A DNA stretch of 60,274 bases from a virus (IMGVR_UViG_3300027976_000041:1-60274), one strand, 5' to 3'; positions 20,458 through 30,720 are shown, numbered from the stretch's first letter. Made by a program: numbers and translations. Notes: a model not told the origin generated them from the letters alone.

Positions 20458-21707
20458 TGGAGTGTAGATTCCTTGCTTAATTCCATTGTGCATTTATATC
20501 CGTCACGAAGTATGTGGTGCGCAATCGCGGTGATCAGATAATTACCCGAATGTACTTTATCGATAATAGCTGTATCTCCTTTAGTTATCTGTCGAAGTTG
20601 ATTTAGATTCAAATGAACCTTTCGTCCCACTGTATAGGCCGTATGTCCATAAACGTCGATTTCCACCTTCGAGGCTTGAAGTCTTCGTAATATACTCGTC
20701 CGTTTTTGGATCCGGGCATAATTGGAATACTCACCGATTTCAAAATTACCATAAGAACGGTTCATACTACTAATCACAGGGTTCAACACCTTCACAATAC
20801 TTTCGGGATATAAATGATTGGGATTCATTACTGATGGGATATCGGCTGCAGAATAGGTTCCCCACCGAAACTTCTTGGTAATAGGATCGTTACTATATAG
20901 TTTCGAAATCAACGAACCATCTAGATAATCCTTCGCAAAATCATAAGTTAGATCGATTCGAAGGCCAAGAATACTTCTGTATTCTAAGCCCATATCTCGA
21001 GTAACATTGCCCGCGTTCGCCGTTGGCGCGCCGCCTATAATTCCCGAATAGTCTGAGGCCACGAACTTCTGTAAAACCTCGGTCTTCATAAGTTTCGACA
21101 CCGATTTAAAATTAAAGCCGTCCCGATTCTCATAGAAAAGAAATGATGCATCTGAATCGGCCCCATAACTATGATCAATGATATAAGAGAAATTCTTCGA
21201 TGGATTCCAAAAGTTTGATACATAGATCAGCTTATTACCAGATTCATCGGAATTAATCTTCTTGGTCGTCTTCAGATAATCAGTCGCAATCTTTGTGATG
21301 ATATCAACACATGAGCCCTCGAATTTCCGTGATATAGATGAGTTAATATCATGAAGAAACTCGGTCGATGCAAAATACAAAGTATACGTCTGGGCCCTGT
21401 CTCCCGTAGCAGCCTGATCTGAGATTTTATACACTACGAATAACGAATCAATAGTGAAGGACTTATCAAGTTCGGGTTGTTCTATCTTTAGTTTTAGAAG
21501 TGATGGGCCGAAGCGACCATCTTGATTAAGAAAGTCAAGAGTATCACTTAACTTCAGCTTCCCCGTGATAAATGGAGAAAATAGATCCTCAAAGATAGTG
21601 ACCGACTCAACGATAGAAAGAATATTGGTGGAATCGCCGGTACCCTGTTTTATAAGTGAACACTCTGTAATCTTTATCGATCCCGGTTGGACTTTAAGAT
21701 CAGGCAT
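20454..21707 (-). CDS. Baseplate hub protein (gp27-like)
   Basis: IFEDLFSPFITG, FLFYENRDGFNFKS, SGNYLITAI.H; lies between gp53 and gp5. Confidence 0.65.
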   Translation of the reverse strand: MPDLKVQPGSIKITECSLIKQGTGDSTNILSIVESVTIFEDLFSPFITGKLKLSDTLDFLNQDGRFGPSLLKLKIEQPELDKSFTIDSLFVVYKISDQAATGDRAQTYTLYFASTEFLHDINSSISRKFEGSCVDIITKIATDYLKTTKKINSDESGNKLIYVSNFWNPSKNFSYIIDHSYGADSDASFLFYENRDGFNFKSVSKLMKTEVLQKFVASDYSGIIGGAPTANAGNVTRDMGLEYRSILGLRIDLTYDFAKDYLDGSLISKLYSNDPITKKFRWGTYSAADIPSVMNPNHLYPESIVKVLNPVISSMNRSYGNFEIGEYSNYARIQKRTSILRRLQASKVEIDVYGHTAYTVGRKVHLNLNQLRQITKGDTAIIDKVHSGNYLITAIAHHILRDGYKCTMELSKESTLQ

Positions 21708-22657
21708 TAGAAGCTTTCAGAGGTAATGGCGGCCTTAAGATCAGAGAGAATACGTGGTATTAGCTTGGGGTGAATAAGACGTATTCTCCGTTTGCTTTCA
21801 TTAATTTTAAATTCGTGATCATAATTGGAAATTGCGATAGCCAATGGATTAACTTGATAACTAATATCAACCCAAGGCGTATCAATAGTGGGATTTCCAA
21901 AGATAGTATTACTAACTTCTAGTACGCCCGGGACGATATTGCCCGAACCATCTTCAAAATGGAGATTACCCCAGATTAAATGTTGTGTATTTCTTTTAGA
22001 AATAGGAGTAACACCCTGAGTTATAGTAATTGTGGGAACCAGGCCCGTGCCCGTTGTATACGCTACTAAATCAAGTACGGGAACAGACGGGGAAGTACTG
22101 ACGAAGACTATCGTGGCGGGTTCATCGGGGGTGTCATTAAGCAAAGTATAATCCACAAGAGTACCCGACAAACTAAGACCGGCGACGATTGATCCAAGAA
22201 ACACAGATGCACTTTGTGCGCCCGTAAAGATTGCAGATCCATCTGATGTCACGGTCAGACCCGCTATAGACACAGTGCCCGGATTCGCGAACGAAAACCC
22301 ATGGAGGAGAACTTTCGCCGTTTCGTCGATACCAACGATAGCCGGAATCGACGCATATTTCTTTTCAATATACTTTTCAAGTACAGTATTGCTCATCGGA
22401 AAATCATTAATATTCGAGAACTTGTCGTTCGTAAGCATGATGACCCAATTGAGATTTGGATCGCCATAGATTTTGTCGGCAATTCTCTCGGGGGTATCGC
22501 CATCAATAATGTCGTAGTCTTCGTATAAAGTAATATTGGAGAGCACCTGTTTCTTTATCCGAATATTCATCGTGATGTCGTTAACGACGCGCAGCTCATT
22601 TTTCCCATTAATATTGTAAAGATAGGTTATTAGGGGGAAATCTTGAAAGAAACTCAT
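21707..22657 (-). CDS. Baseplate wedge gp53 with internal insertion
   Basis: FFQDFP.I.Y, Y.I.DGDTPE.IA.KIYGDP, NESKRRIRL. Confidence 0.88.
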   Translation of the reverse strand: MSFFQDFPLITYLYNINGKNELRVVNDITMNIRIKKQVLSNITLYEDYDIIDGDTPERIADKIYGDPNLNWVIMLTNDKFSNINDFPMSNTVLEKYIEKKYASIPAIVGIDETAKVLLHGFSFANPGTVSIAGLTVTSDGSAIFTGAQSASVFLGSIVAGLSLSGTLVDYTLLNDTPDEPATIVFVSTSPSVPVLDLVAYTTGTGLVPTITITQGVTPISKRNTQHLIWGNLHFEDGSGNIVPGVLEVSNTIFGNPTIDTPWVDISYQVNPLAIAISNYDHEFKINESKRRIRLIHPKLIPRILSDLKAAITSESF

Positions 22658-23743
22658 TTATCCTCCTTCAGGTGATGCTAACACATCCGGCACGAAGATA
22701 CCTGATGCATCGTCATCGCCTTTATTAAAATTAGCACCTATAACACCGGTCGCTCCGCCATAGGGCTTAGACTTAACTTCAGGCGCTTTGCCTGGTACCG
22801 TTTCTTTTGTCGCCAGTGACAGTTCGGTGAAGCTCATCGTGAGATCGATCATCGTGGGCATGCCATTGGGAAACGTAGAAAAGATACCATTTGGGCTATA
22901 ATTGATTGAAATGTTAGTGAGTACGCAAGTAAAATTCTTTTCAAGATACTGGTTCTCCTTATCACCGACATAATACTTTATGTTGAAATCCGATGGATAT
23001 AAGAACAGGAATGTCGCGGTATCCTTATACTCGGGAAGCATGTGGTGTTTGAACATTCGAATGATAGATAGTACATTAGCAGCCTCAGCCTCAGACTTGG
23101 GGGCAAAATTGTACAGCATATTAAACGAGCGGAATGTTACCCGTTTGAATAATTGTTCGGCCCTTGTATTGCCTGGCGTAATTCGAGAAGTTGCAGCGGC
23201 AAGATTAGCTGCACCCAACAGATTAGATTTTATTAATGCCAGCCCTGTGCCGTAATAAGCTAAATTGCCCGCAGCATTAAGAACTCCCGACGCGCCGTCA
23301 CCCTTATAGCCAGCGTGTACCGAGGCTATACCTACAGTTGCAAGATTCGCCGGGTTATCTAACTCTTCTTCTCCCCAAACGACAGAAGTATCCTGAGCAA
23401 GAGCGTTTGGCATATATAACACAATCGCCGCGGCTAGTCGTTTCTTGGCTTCTCCGACTATTGGGGTCTTCGTGAGAACAGTTGATAACTTTATTCCAGA
23501 TGAGTTCTTTAGATCAGACTCTGGTATCTTGTGTAGATCATAATTAGGTGAGCCCTTTGGCGCGAAACCCTGGCTAGATTCGTTAACATTAATAAAGAAT
23601 ACAACGCGATTGCCCGAATACTTGTTGGATTTCGTTGCTTCCATCAAATCGAGGGGATATGTCAATTGCGCGATATTATATAGATCGGCGCCTTCGGGGT
23701 CCCCGTCATTATCGACAAATAGTGTTTTTTGGTGGTATGGCAT
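22658..23743 (-). CDS. Baseplate tail tube cap gp48
   Basis: I.LYMP, EQLFK.V.FRSF...YNFAPKS.AEA, CVLTNISINYSPNG, LTMSFTEL. Confidence 0.88.
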   Translation of the reverse strand: MPYHQKTLFVDNDGDPEGADLYNIAQLTYPLDLMEATKSNKYSGNRVVFFINVNESSQGFAPKGSPNYDLHKIPESDLKNSSGIKLSTVLTKTPIVGEAKKRLAAAIVLYMPNALAQDTSVVWGEEELDNPANLATVGIASVHAGYKGDGASGVLNAAGNLAYYGTGLALIKSNLLGAANLAAATSRITPGNTRAEQLFKRVTFRSFNMLYNFAPKSEAEAANVLSIIRMFKHHMLPEYKDTATFLFLYPSDFNIKYYVGDKENQYLEKNFTCVLTNISINYSPNGIFSTFPNGMPTMIDLTMSFTELSLATKETVPGKAPEVKSKPYGGATGVIGANFNKGDDDASGIFVPDVLASPEGG

Positions 23744-23776
23744 ATAAATAATTAAATTATTGTACTATTATTTATA
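23743..23776. promoter_or_regulatory. Pair of opposed late promoters: TATAAATA (+) 23743-23750 for gp4 and (-) 23769-23776 for gp48
   Basis: Two exact consensus sites in the gp48/gp4 divergence. Confidence 0.85.
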
Positions 23777-23779
23777 CCG

Positions 23780-24229
23780 ATGCCAAAATATCACAAAGGG
23801 ATTTATACATGCAAGAATCCATTGAAATATGTAGGTGATCCAACAAAGATAGTATTCCGATCGAGTTGGGAGAGAAAGTTCATGATCTGGGCCGATTCTA
23901 ATTCCCAGGTGTTACAGTGGGGTTCAGAGGAACTTGTGATACCTTATATCAGTCCCGTGGATCAAAAGATTCACCGGTATTTTCCCGACTTTATTATGAA
24001 AGTTGCCACGAATACAGGCATCATAAAGAAGTATTTAATCGAAATTAAACCCGAAGCCCAGACGAGGCCCCCTATTCCAAAAAGAAATACAAAACGGTTA
24101 TATGAGGAAACTGCGGCGTATGCTGTTAATACATCTAAGTGGCAGGCGGCAGAGGCCTTTTGTCTAAAGCACGATCTTACCTTCGTGATCATTACGGAAA
24201 AAAGTTTAGGACTCAAGCAAAGTAAATGA
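23780..24229 (+). CDS. Head completion protein gp4 (TnsA-like nuclease fold)
   Basis: NP.KY.GDP..I.FRSSWE, WGSEE..IPY.SP.D..IHRYFPDF, IEIKP. Confidence 0.92.
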   Translation: MPKYHKGIYTCKNPLKYVGDPTKIVFRSSWERKFMIWADSNSQVLQWGSEELVIPYISPVDQKIHRYFPDFIMKVATNTGIIKKYLIEIKPEAQTRPPIPKRNTKRLYEETAAYAVNTSKWQAAEAFCLKHDLTFVIITEKSLGLKQSK

Positions 24230-24249
24230 CCCCATATTAAATACTAAGT

Positions 24250-24837
24250 ATGAAACAAACTACCCTAGATCTATATCATGTAGAGTTGAAGGACATCCAA
24301 AAGTCCAAGGCCTGGTTCGACGCCAAAATCAAAGCGATGGCAAAGACTCGGGTTACACCTCAGGCGATGTTGGGTAGAGATAGCGGTATGGTTCTCACCA
24401 CGCGTTTGATACCCACGAAGATGTATGCTTTCTCTTATATGCCTTTGGGTAAAGATACGCTCCCATATTATGATACCTTCCCGCTTATTTTCCCTTTAAG
24501 TAGAACACCCGACACCTTCATGGGTCTCAATATGCATTATTTAGATTATCCCCTCCGATTTGCCCTCTTTCGAGCGTTGCTTAAGATTTCGGCTAATTCT
24601 AATATTACCGATGCGTCAAAGATGAGAATATCGTGGGCACAAATCTCTGGCTTGGCTTCGACACCTCAAGCCCAGGCCTGTATCAAGCAATATAGATATG
24701 ATCACGTCAAGTCGGTGTTCCTCGAAATTATGCCGACAGACTGGGCGACCGCTATGATGCTGCCAACCCATAGGTTCGTTGGTGCATCCCCTCAAGCAAT
24801 CTGGCAAGAATCCACTAAAATAGGTAGAAATTGGTAA
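24250..24837 (+). CDS. DNA end protector protein gp2
   Basis: K.TLPYYDTFPLIF, F.GLNMHYL, CIKQY..DHVKS, A.MLPT..F. Confidence 0.9.
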   Translation: MKQTTLDLYHVELKDIQKSKAWFDAKIKAMAKTRVTPQAMLGRDSGMVLTTRLIPTKMYAFSYMPLGKDTLPYYDTFPLIFPLSRTPDTFMGLNMHYLDYPLRFALFRALLKISANSNITDASKMRISWAQISGLASTPQAQACIKQYRYDHVKSVFLEIMPTDWATAMMLPTHRFVGASPQAIWQESTKIGRNW

Positions 24838-26093
24838 TGAATCCACACACCCTCAACGACTTTATTACCCACATCAAGAGTGTTGGGCTACCATTAGCAG
24901 CCTATTATTTTGTGCTTATGCCCTCATTACCAACTAAGGGTGGGCCTGTTACCGAGAACCCACGAACTATCGCCTTACTGTGCGATTCTGTTAATATGCC
25001 TGGCGTAAATATTATGTCGGCCGAAGTACGGGTTTTTGGTGAGGTTACAGATGTTCCTTTCGGGATTACTTATCCACCTTTGCAAATGGAATTTATTCTT
25101 GACCATAACTTCTCGGCTCGTAACTATTTTGAGGATTGGTCTCAGCTGGTTATGAATCGGGCTACACGCGCTATTGGATATTATGAAGACTATATCCGTC
25201 AAATCGACGTCATAGCGGCCGATAAGAATGGCGAAATTATTTTCGGCGTTCGGTTATTTGAGACGTGGCCTAAGACGATATCTGACACAATATTATCTTC
25301 AGGCGCAAGAGATATTATCCGACTTCAGGTTTCGTTGGCCTACAAGTACTGGAAACGCCTTGATCCGACAAACGAGTTTACAACAACAACAGACTATGGT
25401 ACTAAATCCGTGTTCGAAGAACTTGGAAAATCTAAGATATTCAAAGAAACATTGGCCAATTCTAATATGGCTGTAAATTTACCAAATGAATTGCAAACCG
25501 GTGTCGGTGCGGAAGCATTAACTCAATATGGCCCCTCGACCGCTGCAGACTTTGTTCGTTCTGGCAATGCCTGTTCTGCAGTACTTAATACGTCGAATAT
25601 AATTGCAACATCAGTTTCTACCGGATCACCGGTAGCAGGATTTAGTTCTACGCTGGGTGGCTTATTTGGTTCCACAGGGGCGCAAATGGGATCATTTGCT
25701 AATGCTATAGGCCAACTCGGAACCGCAGTTAATACTATTGCTGGCCCTATCTCTGCTGCTACAAATGCTCTCGTTGGAGTCTCTGGGACTTTGGGCTCTA
25801 TCGACGCGTTATTATCGTCGGTCGGTATAAACTCAGGTCTTGGAAATATTGCAAATGGTCTAACCCAATCCGCGGGCAAACTTGCGGTAGTCTCTCAGTT
25901 AAATAATATACCTGGATCCTTAACCTCAATTGGTGCCAATATGGGCGCCGCTGGTGGTGCAATCTCTGAGGCGACACGTCAGATCTCAGGCCTACCTGGT
26001 GCTACATCTTCCGTTACAGGCGCCTTAAGTAATATTGGGGCTTTATTTGGTACCAAGGGATCTACACTTGGCAATCTCGGGAATACATTTTGA
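24831..26093 (+). CDS. Baseplate tail tube initiator gp54 with a long G/S/A-rich C-terminal extension
   Basis: LCDSVNMPG, YFEDW, GYYEDY, L.ETWPKTI, V..AYKYW; low-complexity tail. Confidence 0.8.
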   Translation: MVMNPHTLNDFITHIKSVGLPLAAYYFVLMPSLPTKGGPVTENPRTIALLCDSVNMPGVNIMSAEVRVFGEVTDVPFGITYPPLQMEFILDHNFSARNYFEDWSQLVMNRATRAIGYYEDYIRQIDVIAADKNGEIIFGVRLFETWPKTISDTILSSGARDIIRLQVSLAYKYWKRLDPTNEFTTTTDYGTKSVFEELGKSKIFKETLANSNMAVNLPNELQTGVGAEALTQYGPSTAADFVRSGNACSAVLNTSNIIATSVSTGSPVAGFSSTLGGLFGSTGAQMGSFANAIGQLGTAVNTIAGPISAATNALVGVSGTLGSIDALLSSVGINSGLGNIANGLTQSAGKLAVVSQLNNIPGSLTSIGANMGAAGGAISEATRQISGLPGATSSVTGALSNIGALFGTKGSTLGNLGNTF

Positions 26094-26479
26094 ACGATTT
26101 ATCAACTACATTTGATGTGCTGCCACTACCTCTAGTGGCTGTACCTACAGTAGAATTTCCCGTAAGTAGTATTAGTGAGGATGCTGATGTTGCTCGAGAT
26201 AATCTGAAGAACCTTATTGATACCGCAACAGAAGCCCTTAACGGTATGCTTAATGTGGCAACACAGACTGAAGATCCAAAGGCATATACAGTCGTAGCCG
26301 ATCTTATTAGAGTGGCCGCAGAGTTAAATGCAAGAGTTATGGATACCCATGCAGTAGCAGCACGAGTAAATAATATGGTAACCTCGGCAGTAACATCTGC
26401 GACCCAACACAATCGCACAACGAACAACATTGTATTTTCAGGAACTTCGGCTGAATTAGCTTTATTATTGAAAGAATGA
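26090..26479 (+). CDS. Terminase small subunit gp16-like
   Basis: D...ARDNL..LI....EAL....VA...E.PKAY.V...TNN.VF.GTSAEL. Confidence 0.75.
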   Translation: MNDLSTTFDVLPLPLVAVPTVEFPVSSISEDADVARDNLKNLIDTATEALNGMLNVATQTEDPKAYTVVADLIRVAAELNARVMDTHAVAARVNNMVTSAVTSATQHNRTTNNIVFSGTSAELALLLKE

Positions 26480-27177
26480 TCATGAACCTTTCCACTCTAA
26501 ACCCAACGCCAATTTATACTACGACCTTGCCATCAACGGGCAAATCTGTACAGTATCGCCCATTCTTCGTCAAAGAGGAACGCGCACTTCTTTCAGCCTA
26601 TGAGTCAGACGATGTTGTCACGATGCTCGCTACACTTAATGCGGTGGTAAATTCTTGTATGATCGTTCCAATGCAAATGGCTATCTTCGATGTTGAATAT
26701 ATGTTTCTTCAGATTCGTGCTAAGTCGGTAGAAGAATTCTCTCATCTAGTTATGGAGTGTGGTGGGTGTAGCGTAGAAACTCAAATCGCCGTAGATCTTC
26801 GGAACGCCATAGTAGAAGGGCTGAACGTTGATAAGACTATAGTTTTATCGCCGGTGTTATCAATCAAGATGAAATATCCATCACTTACTGATGTTATCGA
26901 AATCTATAATGGCACTGATAATAGTAAGGTACTCGGCCACGCTATCGTGGCATCTATAGACACTATTTTCACTAAGGATGAATCGCTGAAGATCGTTGAT
27001 GAACCTATCGAGACGGTGAATGATTTTATTGATACTTTAACGGGTAAGCAGTTTGCCAAACTTGAGACATTTATCCATTCTATACCAACCGTTTCATTGA
27101 ATGCCGATTGGACTTGCCCAAAATGCAAGCATAAGAATATACACACTTTAAGAGGCGTCAATAATTGCTTTGAGTAA
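26476..27177 (+). CDS. Baseplate hub subunit gp26
   Basis: P.Y...LPSTGK.V.YRPF.VKEE, FDVEY.FLQIRAKSV.E, CxxC pairs. Confidence 0.92.
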   Translation: MIMNLSTLNPTPIYTTTLPSTGKSVQYRPFFVKEERALLSAYESDDVVTMLATLNAVVNSCMIVPMQMAIFDVEYMFLQIRAKSVEEFSHLVMECGGCSVETQIAVDLRNAIVEGLNVDKTIVLSPVLSIKMKYPSLTDVIEIYNGTDNSKVLGHAIVASIDTIFTKDESLKIVDEPIETVNDFIDTLTGKQFAKLETFIHSIPTVSLNADWTCPKCKHKNIHTLRGVNNCFE

Positions 27178-27179
27178 AT

Positions 27180-27392
27180 ATGATTAATCAACTTGTCGGG
27201 GTAAAGACTATTCTGTTATTGGGTTTGAGCCATGATACATTGGCCAATCACTATAAAACTAACTTCGCCCTAATATATAAACATAGATATAGTCTGACAG
27301 AATTAGACAATATGCTCCCGTATGAACGAGAGATAAACATTACATTATTAACTCAACATTTAGAAGACGAGAAAAATAAGCTAAAGGGATAA
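27180..27392 (+). CDS. Baseplate hub assembly protein gp51
   Basis: L.NHYKTNFAL...H.YSLTELDNM.PYERE. Confidence 0.9.
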   Translation: MINQLVGVKTILLLGLSHDTLANHYKTNFALIYKHRYSLTELDNMLPYEREINITLLTQHLEDEKNKLKG

Positions 27393-27393
27393 T

Positions 27394-29241
27394 ATGGCAG
27401 CCGCAGAAAAACAAGATAAAGAACGTGCCGAAGATATAGTGGCGAAAGATAAAGATCTAAAGGCGAAAGATAAAGCGTCTAAGAACTCAGAATCATTAGC
27501 AGAAGCTATTAAGCAACTCACCGAAACCTTCATGAAGGCAGGAGAAGATGCCAAGAAGGGTACTCAGAATAAATCTATAGAGCCAGGCTCGGGCTCTATT
27601 AAAGACGGAATCAAGGCGCATTTCGCTCCAATGATAGCCTCGATTAAACAGCTTACCACAAAAACAGGCGTGCTTGATATGTTATCGGCCAAGGCGGGTG
27701 GCGGTCTCATGAGCAGCGTGTTAAGTACGTCGTCTGATGCCCTAAAAGCGCGCGCAGAGGCTCGCGAGACTAAAACCAAATGGGGGGCAGCTTATCTTGC
27801 AGGAACTGATAAAGGTCGTGCTTTAGTTATAGAACATGGATCTGAGAAAGCCTCCACGATGGCCGCTCAAACCTATGATGATAAACTTAAGCTTGAAGAC
27901 GAAATCCGCGCCGAAGAAGAACAACGGTCAACTCTGCGAAAATCTGGCATCGGAGGCGCGGATCTAGATAAAGATAGGCTTATCGCCTTGGCTAAGAAAA
28001 AGAAAGATCATGCTGATCTAATTGGCGCTAAGTCGTATGACGCTGAGGCTGCTAAAAGACCAAAAGCTCCAAACAAATCAGGTATTCCAGAAACTACATG
28101 GGCGCCAACTGACGACAAAACAGACCCAAACGGTGGCCGACCCGTGCCAGAATCATTTGGCGCTGGTTCCAAAGATGATATTCAAGAGGAACTACTGAAG
28201 CTAAATGAAGAGCAACTAACGGCTTTAAAGGAACTCGTTAAAAACTCGATGAAGTCCGAAGAGGACAAGTTTGAAGAGGATAAGAAGGGAAAGATCGCTA
28301 GTGTGGGTGAAAAGATTATGGTGCCCCCAAAAAATAGTGGAATTTTATCAACGCTATTAAATGTAGCAAAAGACGCGCTGGGCCCCGCGGTAGGGGTGAT
28401 TAGCGGTTTAGTGGGTACGAGGATTACTGCAACGTTATTACCCGCCGCCGCGGCCGCCGCTGGTAGTCTAGGGGCAGGAGTGGCGGCTACCGCCGCCACT
28501 AGCGGATTGGCGGCAAAGGCTGCGATAGCGGCAGCGCCAGCAGTGGCAGCAAAGGCGGCGGTAGGCGCCTCGGCCGGTAAGGCCGCGATGATAGGTGGTG
28601 GGCTTTTAGCGGCCAAGGGGGCTCTGTTAGGCGCCTCGGCTTATGCGGGCTACAAAGCTGGCGGATTGCTTAATGACTATGTACTGAACCCATTAGCCGG
28701 GGCCATTACTGGGAACAAAAATGACACCCTTGGCGGCGCTATATATACAGGCGTCGATAAACTCAAGGGTTTCTTTGGAATGAAAACCGACCAGGATAAG
28801 ATTAATGATGCAGAGAAAACTCCGGCTACTGCATCAAAAATGAAAAGCCGTAGTATTTCTAATACTAAAATGAGAATCGGTGGGATAGATGTTGTCCCAG
28901 GTAAACCATTAACACCTTTGCAATTAACTTTGGTCCAAACCCGTAAAGATATGGGTAATGCACCAGATCCAGAAATCGAAGCTCATATTTTAGCTACAAG
29001 TGCAGTTAAAGTAACTAAGTTACCTGAACCATCTGCTATAAAGACCTCTGATGCAATGAAAAAATCAAGCGAAGCTATTGATAAAGCTAAATCGGACGCG
29101 CCCGAGGCTAAAGCTAACTCGAGTCAGAATATTGCTAATACTGTGGTGAACAATAACTCATCAACAATCTATACGGCGCGACCAGAGTTGAGGACAGCTG
29201 AACCGACATTCAATCGAATTTTGGCTAGGAACTTTGCTTAG
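27394..29241 (+). CDS. Probable tape-measure/hub protein (gp29-like)
   Basis: Follows gp51; helical, A/G-rich, NTVVNNNS near the C-terminus. Confidence 0.6.
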   Translation: MAAAEKQDKERAEDIVAKDKDLKAKDKASKNSESLAEAIKQLTETFMKAGEDAKKGTQNKSIEPGSGSIKDGIKAHFAPMIASIKQLTTKTGVLDMLSAKAGGGLMSSVLSTSSDALKARAEARETKTKWGAAYLAGTDKGRALVIEHGSEKASTMAAQTYDDKLKLEDEIRAEEEQRSTLRKSGIGGADLDKDRLIALAKKKKDHADLIGAKSYDAEAAKRPKAPNKSGIPETTWAPTDDKTDPNGGRPVPESFGAGSKDDIQEELLKLNEEQLTALKELVKNSMKSEEDKFEEDKKGKIASVGEKIMVPPKNSGILSTLLNVAKDALGPAVGVISGLVGTRITATLLPAAAAAAGSLGAGVAATAATSGLAAKAAIAAAPAVAAKAAVGASAGKAAMIGGGLLAAKGALLGASAYAGYKAGGLLNDYVLNPLAGAITGNKNDTLGGAIYTGVDKLKGFFGMKTDQDKINDAEKTPATASKMKSRSISNTKMRIGGIDVVPGKPLTPLQLTLVQTRKDMGNAPDPEIEAHILATSAVKVTKLPEPSAIKTSDAMKKSSEAIDKAKSDAPEAKANSSQNIANTVVNNNSSTIYTARPELRTAEPTFNRILARNFA

Positions 29242-29546
29242 CCCGCAAAGACGTTATCTGAGCCTTTGGTGATTATGTTGTTACCATAGCTATCACCAAT
29301 ACGCCCAACACCTTTGCCGCCGATAAAGACGGTATTAGAGTTGACGGATAACGTGGATTCATCGGGTCCACATCCAGATAGAGGGTGGGGCGCAATCTTG
29401 TTTCCATTTACGACTATTAAGATACCATTGGCATAGACGTTCGATGAGTTAACTTCATCAACCGAAGTTATCATTGGTGTTCCGCATTTGTATCCAATAC
29501 CATCTGGACTTGATACGTCATCATCTTTTCTTGATATTGCGGGCAT
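29238..29546 (-). CDS. PAAR spike-tip protein (gp5.4)
   Basis: MPAISR..D, NVYANG, VFIGGKGVGRIGD, GS.NVFAG. Confidence 0.9.
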   Translation of the reverse strand: MPAISRKDDDVSSPDGIGYKCGTPMITSVDEVNSSNVYANGILIVVNGNKIAPHPLSGCGPDESTLSVNSNTVFIGGKGVGRIGDSYGNNIITKGSDNVFAG

Positions 29547-29575
29547 AGGTTATCCTTTCTCTTATTTATGATACT

Positions 29576-29597
29576 AAAAAGGACCCGAAGGTCCTTT
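29576..29597. terminator. Rho-independent terminator after the gp32 unit
   Basis: aaaaaGGACC-cgaa-GGTCCttt; on the minus strand a TTCG-loop hairpin followed by a T tract. Confidence 0.8.
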
Positions 29598-29600
29598 GGA

Positions 29601-29762
29601 TTATCCAAGAAGAATATTTGGTCCTGTATTTTGACCAGATTCGTTTCGAGTCTTAATTTCCGTTATCTTCAGCAAGACCTCTTGAGCCTTCCCATACTCG
29701 CCATTCTCGAGCATCTTCTTGTAAATGAATTCAAGTTCGGCTATAATATTAAGATTAGACAT
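29601..29762 (-). CDS. Hypothetical 53-aa protein
   Basis: Manual translation MSNLNIIAELEF...NILLG; fills the gap between gp32 and the terminator. Confidence 0.6.
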   Translation of the reverse strand: MSNLNIIAELEFIYKKMLENGEYGKAQEVLLKITEIKTRNESGQNTGPNILLG

Positions 29763-29763
29763 T

Positions 29764-30657
29764 TTATTTTGCCAAAGAAGCGAAGTAATCAGTTAGATCA
29801 TCTTCTTCTGATACTGAGCTTGAGGCTTCGCCTTTTGGCGCAGGCGCCTCGGGTCGCTTAGCATTCTTAGACGGTTCGGCGCGCATTTGCTCAACAATTT
29901 GTTCTGCACGAGCAGTGCCCCCTTCGGCTAGAACAGATTCAAGTTTCTTGGTGAGTTCTTCATAAGACTTGAACCTACTTGGAGCCATAACAACATTCAG
30001 GGGTGTTACTTGATTCATGATAGCTAGAATAGCCTCGTCCGTTTTAGCGATTTCCGATGCGGAATCAAACTTTGACTGGTCGTAGTTTGGATAGCCTTCA
30101 ACTTTAGCCATGCGCAATCTAAATGCCGCGCCTTCCCATAGATCAAATACGTTACAAGCTACTTCGTCTTCAAACGTTGGTTGGACCACACCCATGATCT
30201 TTTCGAAGATTTTCTTGCCGTACTTGAAGGGCATAACTTTGTCATTGTTTTCTGGGTTTCTCGGGTCGCTGATAACAAGTATGTTTGACACATAGTGGGT
30301 ACGGCGTTTGCGCTTAGCACCAAGCTTCTTGTTATCTTCGGTGCCTGTGTTATATAGAGCGCGAGTTGCTTCACATACTGGGCAGGGAAGACCCAAAGAG
30401 GTTGGACAGTTATCGATCAACCATTTGCCGGAGTCGCCTTGAAAGCCGTGGGAATGATAGATAACCCACGGTAGTTCATCGTCTGCGTGCTTTGGGAGAA
30501 ACCGAATAACGGCGGATCCGTTGCCGGCCTTGTCAGCTGTGAGTTTGAAGTAGCCTTCGTCATCACGAGCGTATTCACTCTTTTTATTGAGTGCCTCTGT
30601 GATTTGACCAAAACCTTTTGTGCGGAGAGCCCGCAAGTCGGCGATAGATAGTGCCAT
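29764..30657 (-). CDS. Single-stranded DNA-binding protein gp32
   Basis: DKAGNGSAVIRFLP, HGFQG..G.W.I.NCPTSLG..CPVCE, YGKKIF.KI, Y.NYD.SKF, acidic C-terminus. Confidence 0.95.
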   Translation of the reverse strand: MALSIADLRALRTKGFGQITEALNKKSEYARDDEGYFKLTADKAGNGSAVIRFLPKHADDELPWVIYHSHGFQGDSGKWLIDNCPTSLGLPCPVCEATRALYNTGTEDNKKLGAKRKRRTHYVSNILVISDPRNPENNDKVMPFKYGKKIFEKIMGVVQPTFEDEVACNVFDLWEGAAFRLRMAKVEGYPNYDQSKFDSASEIAKTDEAILAIMNQVTPLNVVMAPSRFKSYEELTKKLESVLAEGGTARAEQIVEQMRAEPSKNAKRPEAPAPKGEASSSVSEEDDLTDYFASLAK

Positions 30658-30720
30658 AATTTTCCTTTTACCCACTAGGGGGGATTGTTCCGACGACCAA
30701 GAACGGTTGCGTCGGTATTT

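Noticed and set aside
23780-24229. TnsA transposase
   Set aside because: This is the gp4 head completion protein in normal gp48-gp4-gp2 synteny.
29568-29861. Plus-strand 97-aa ORF
   Set aside because: It overlaps a terminator, the gp32 end and a better-fitting minus-strand mini-gene.
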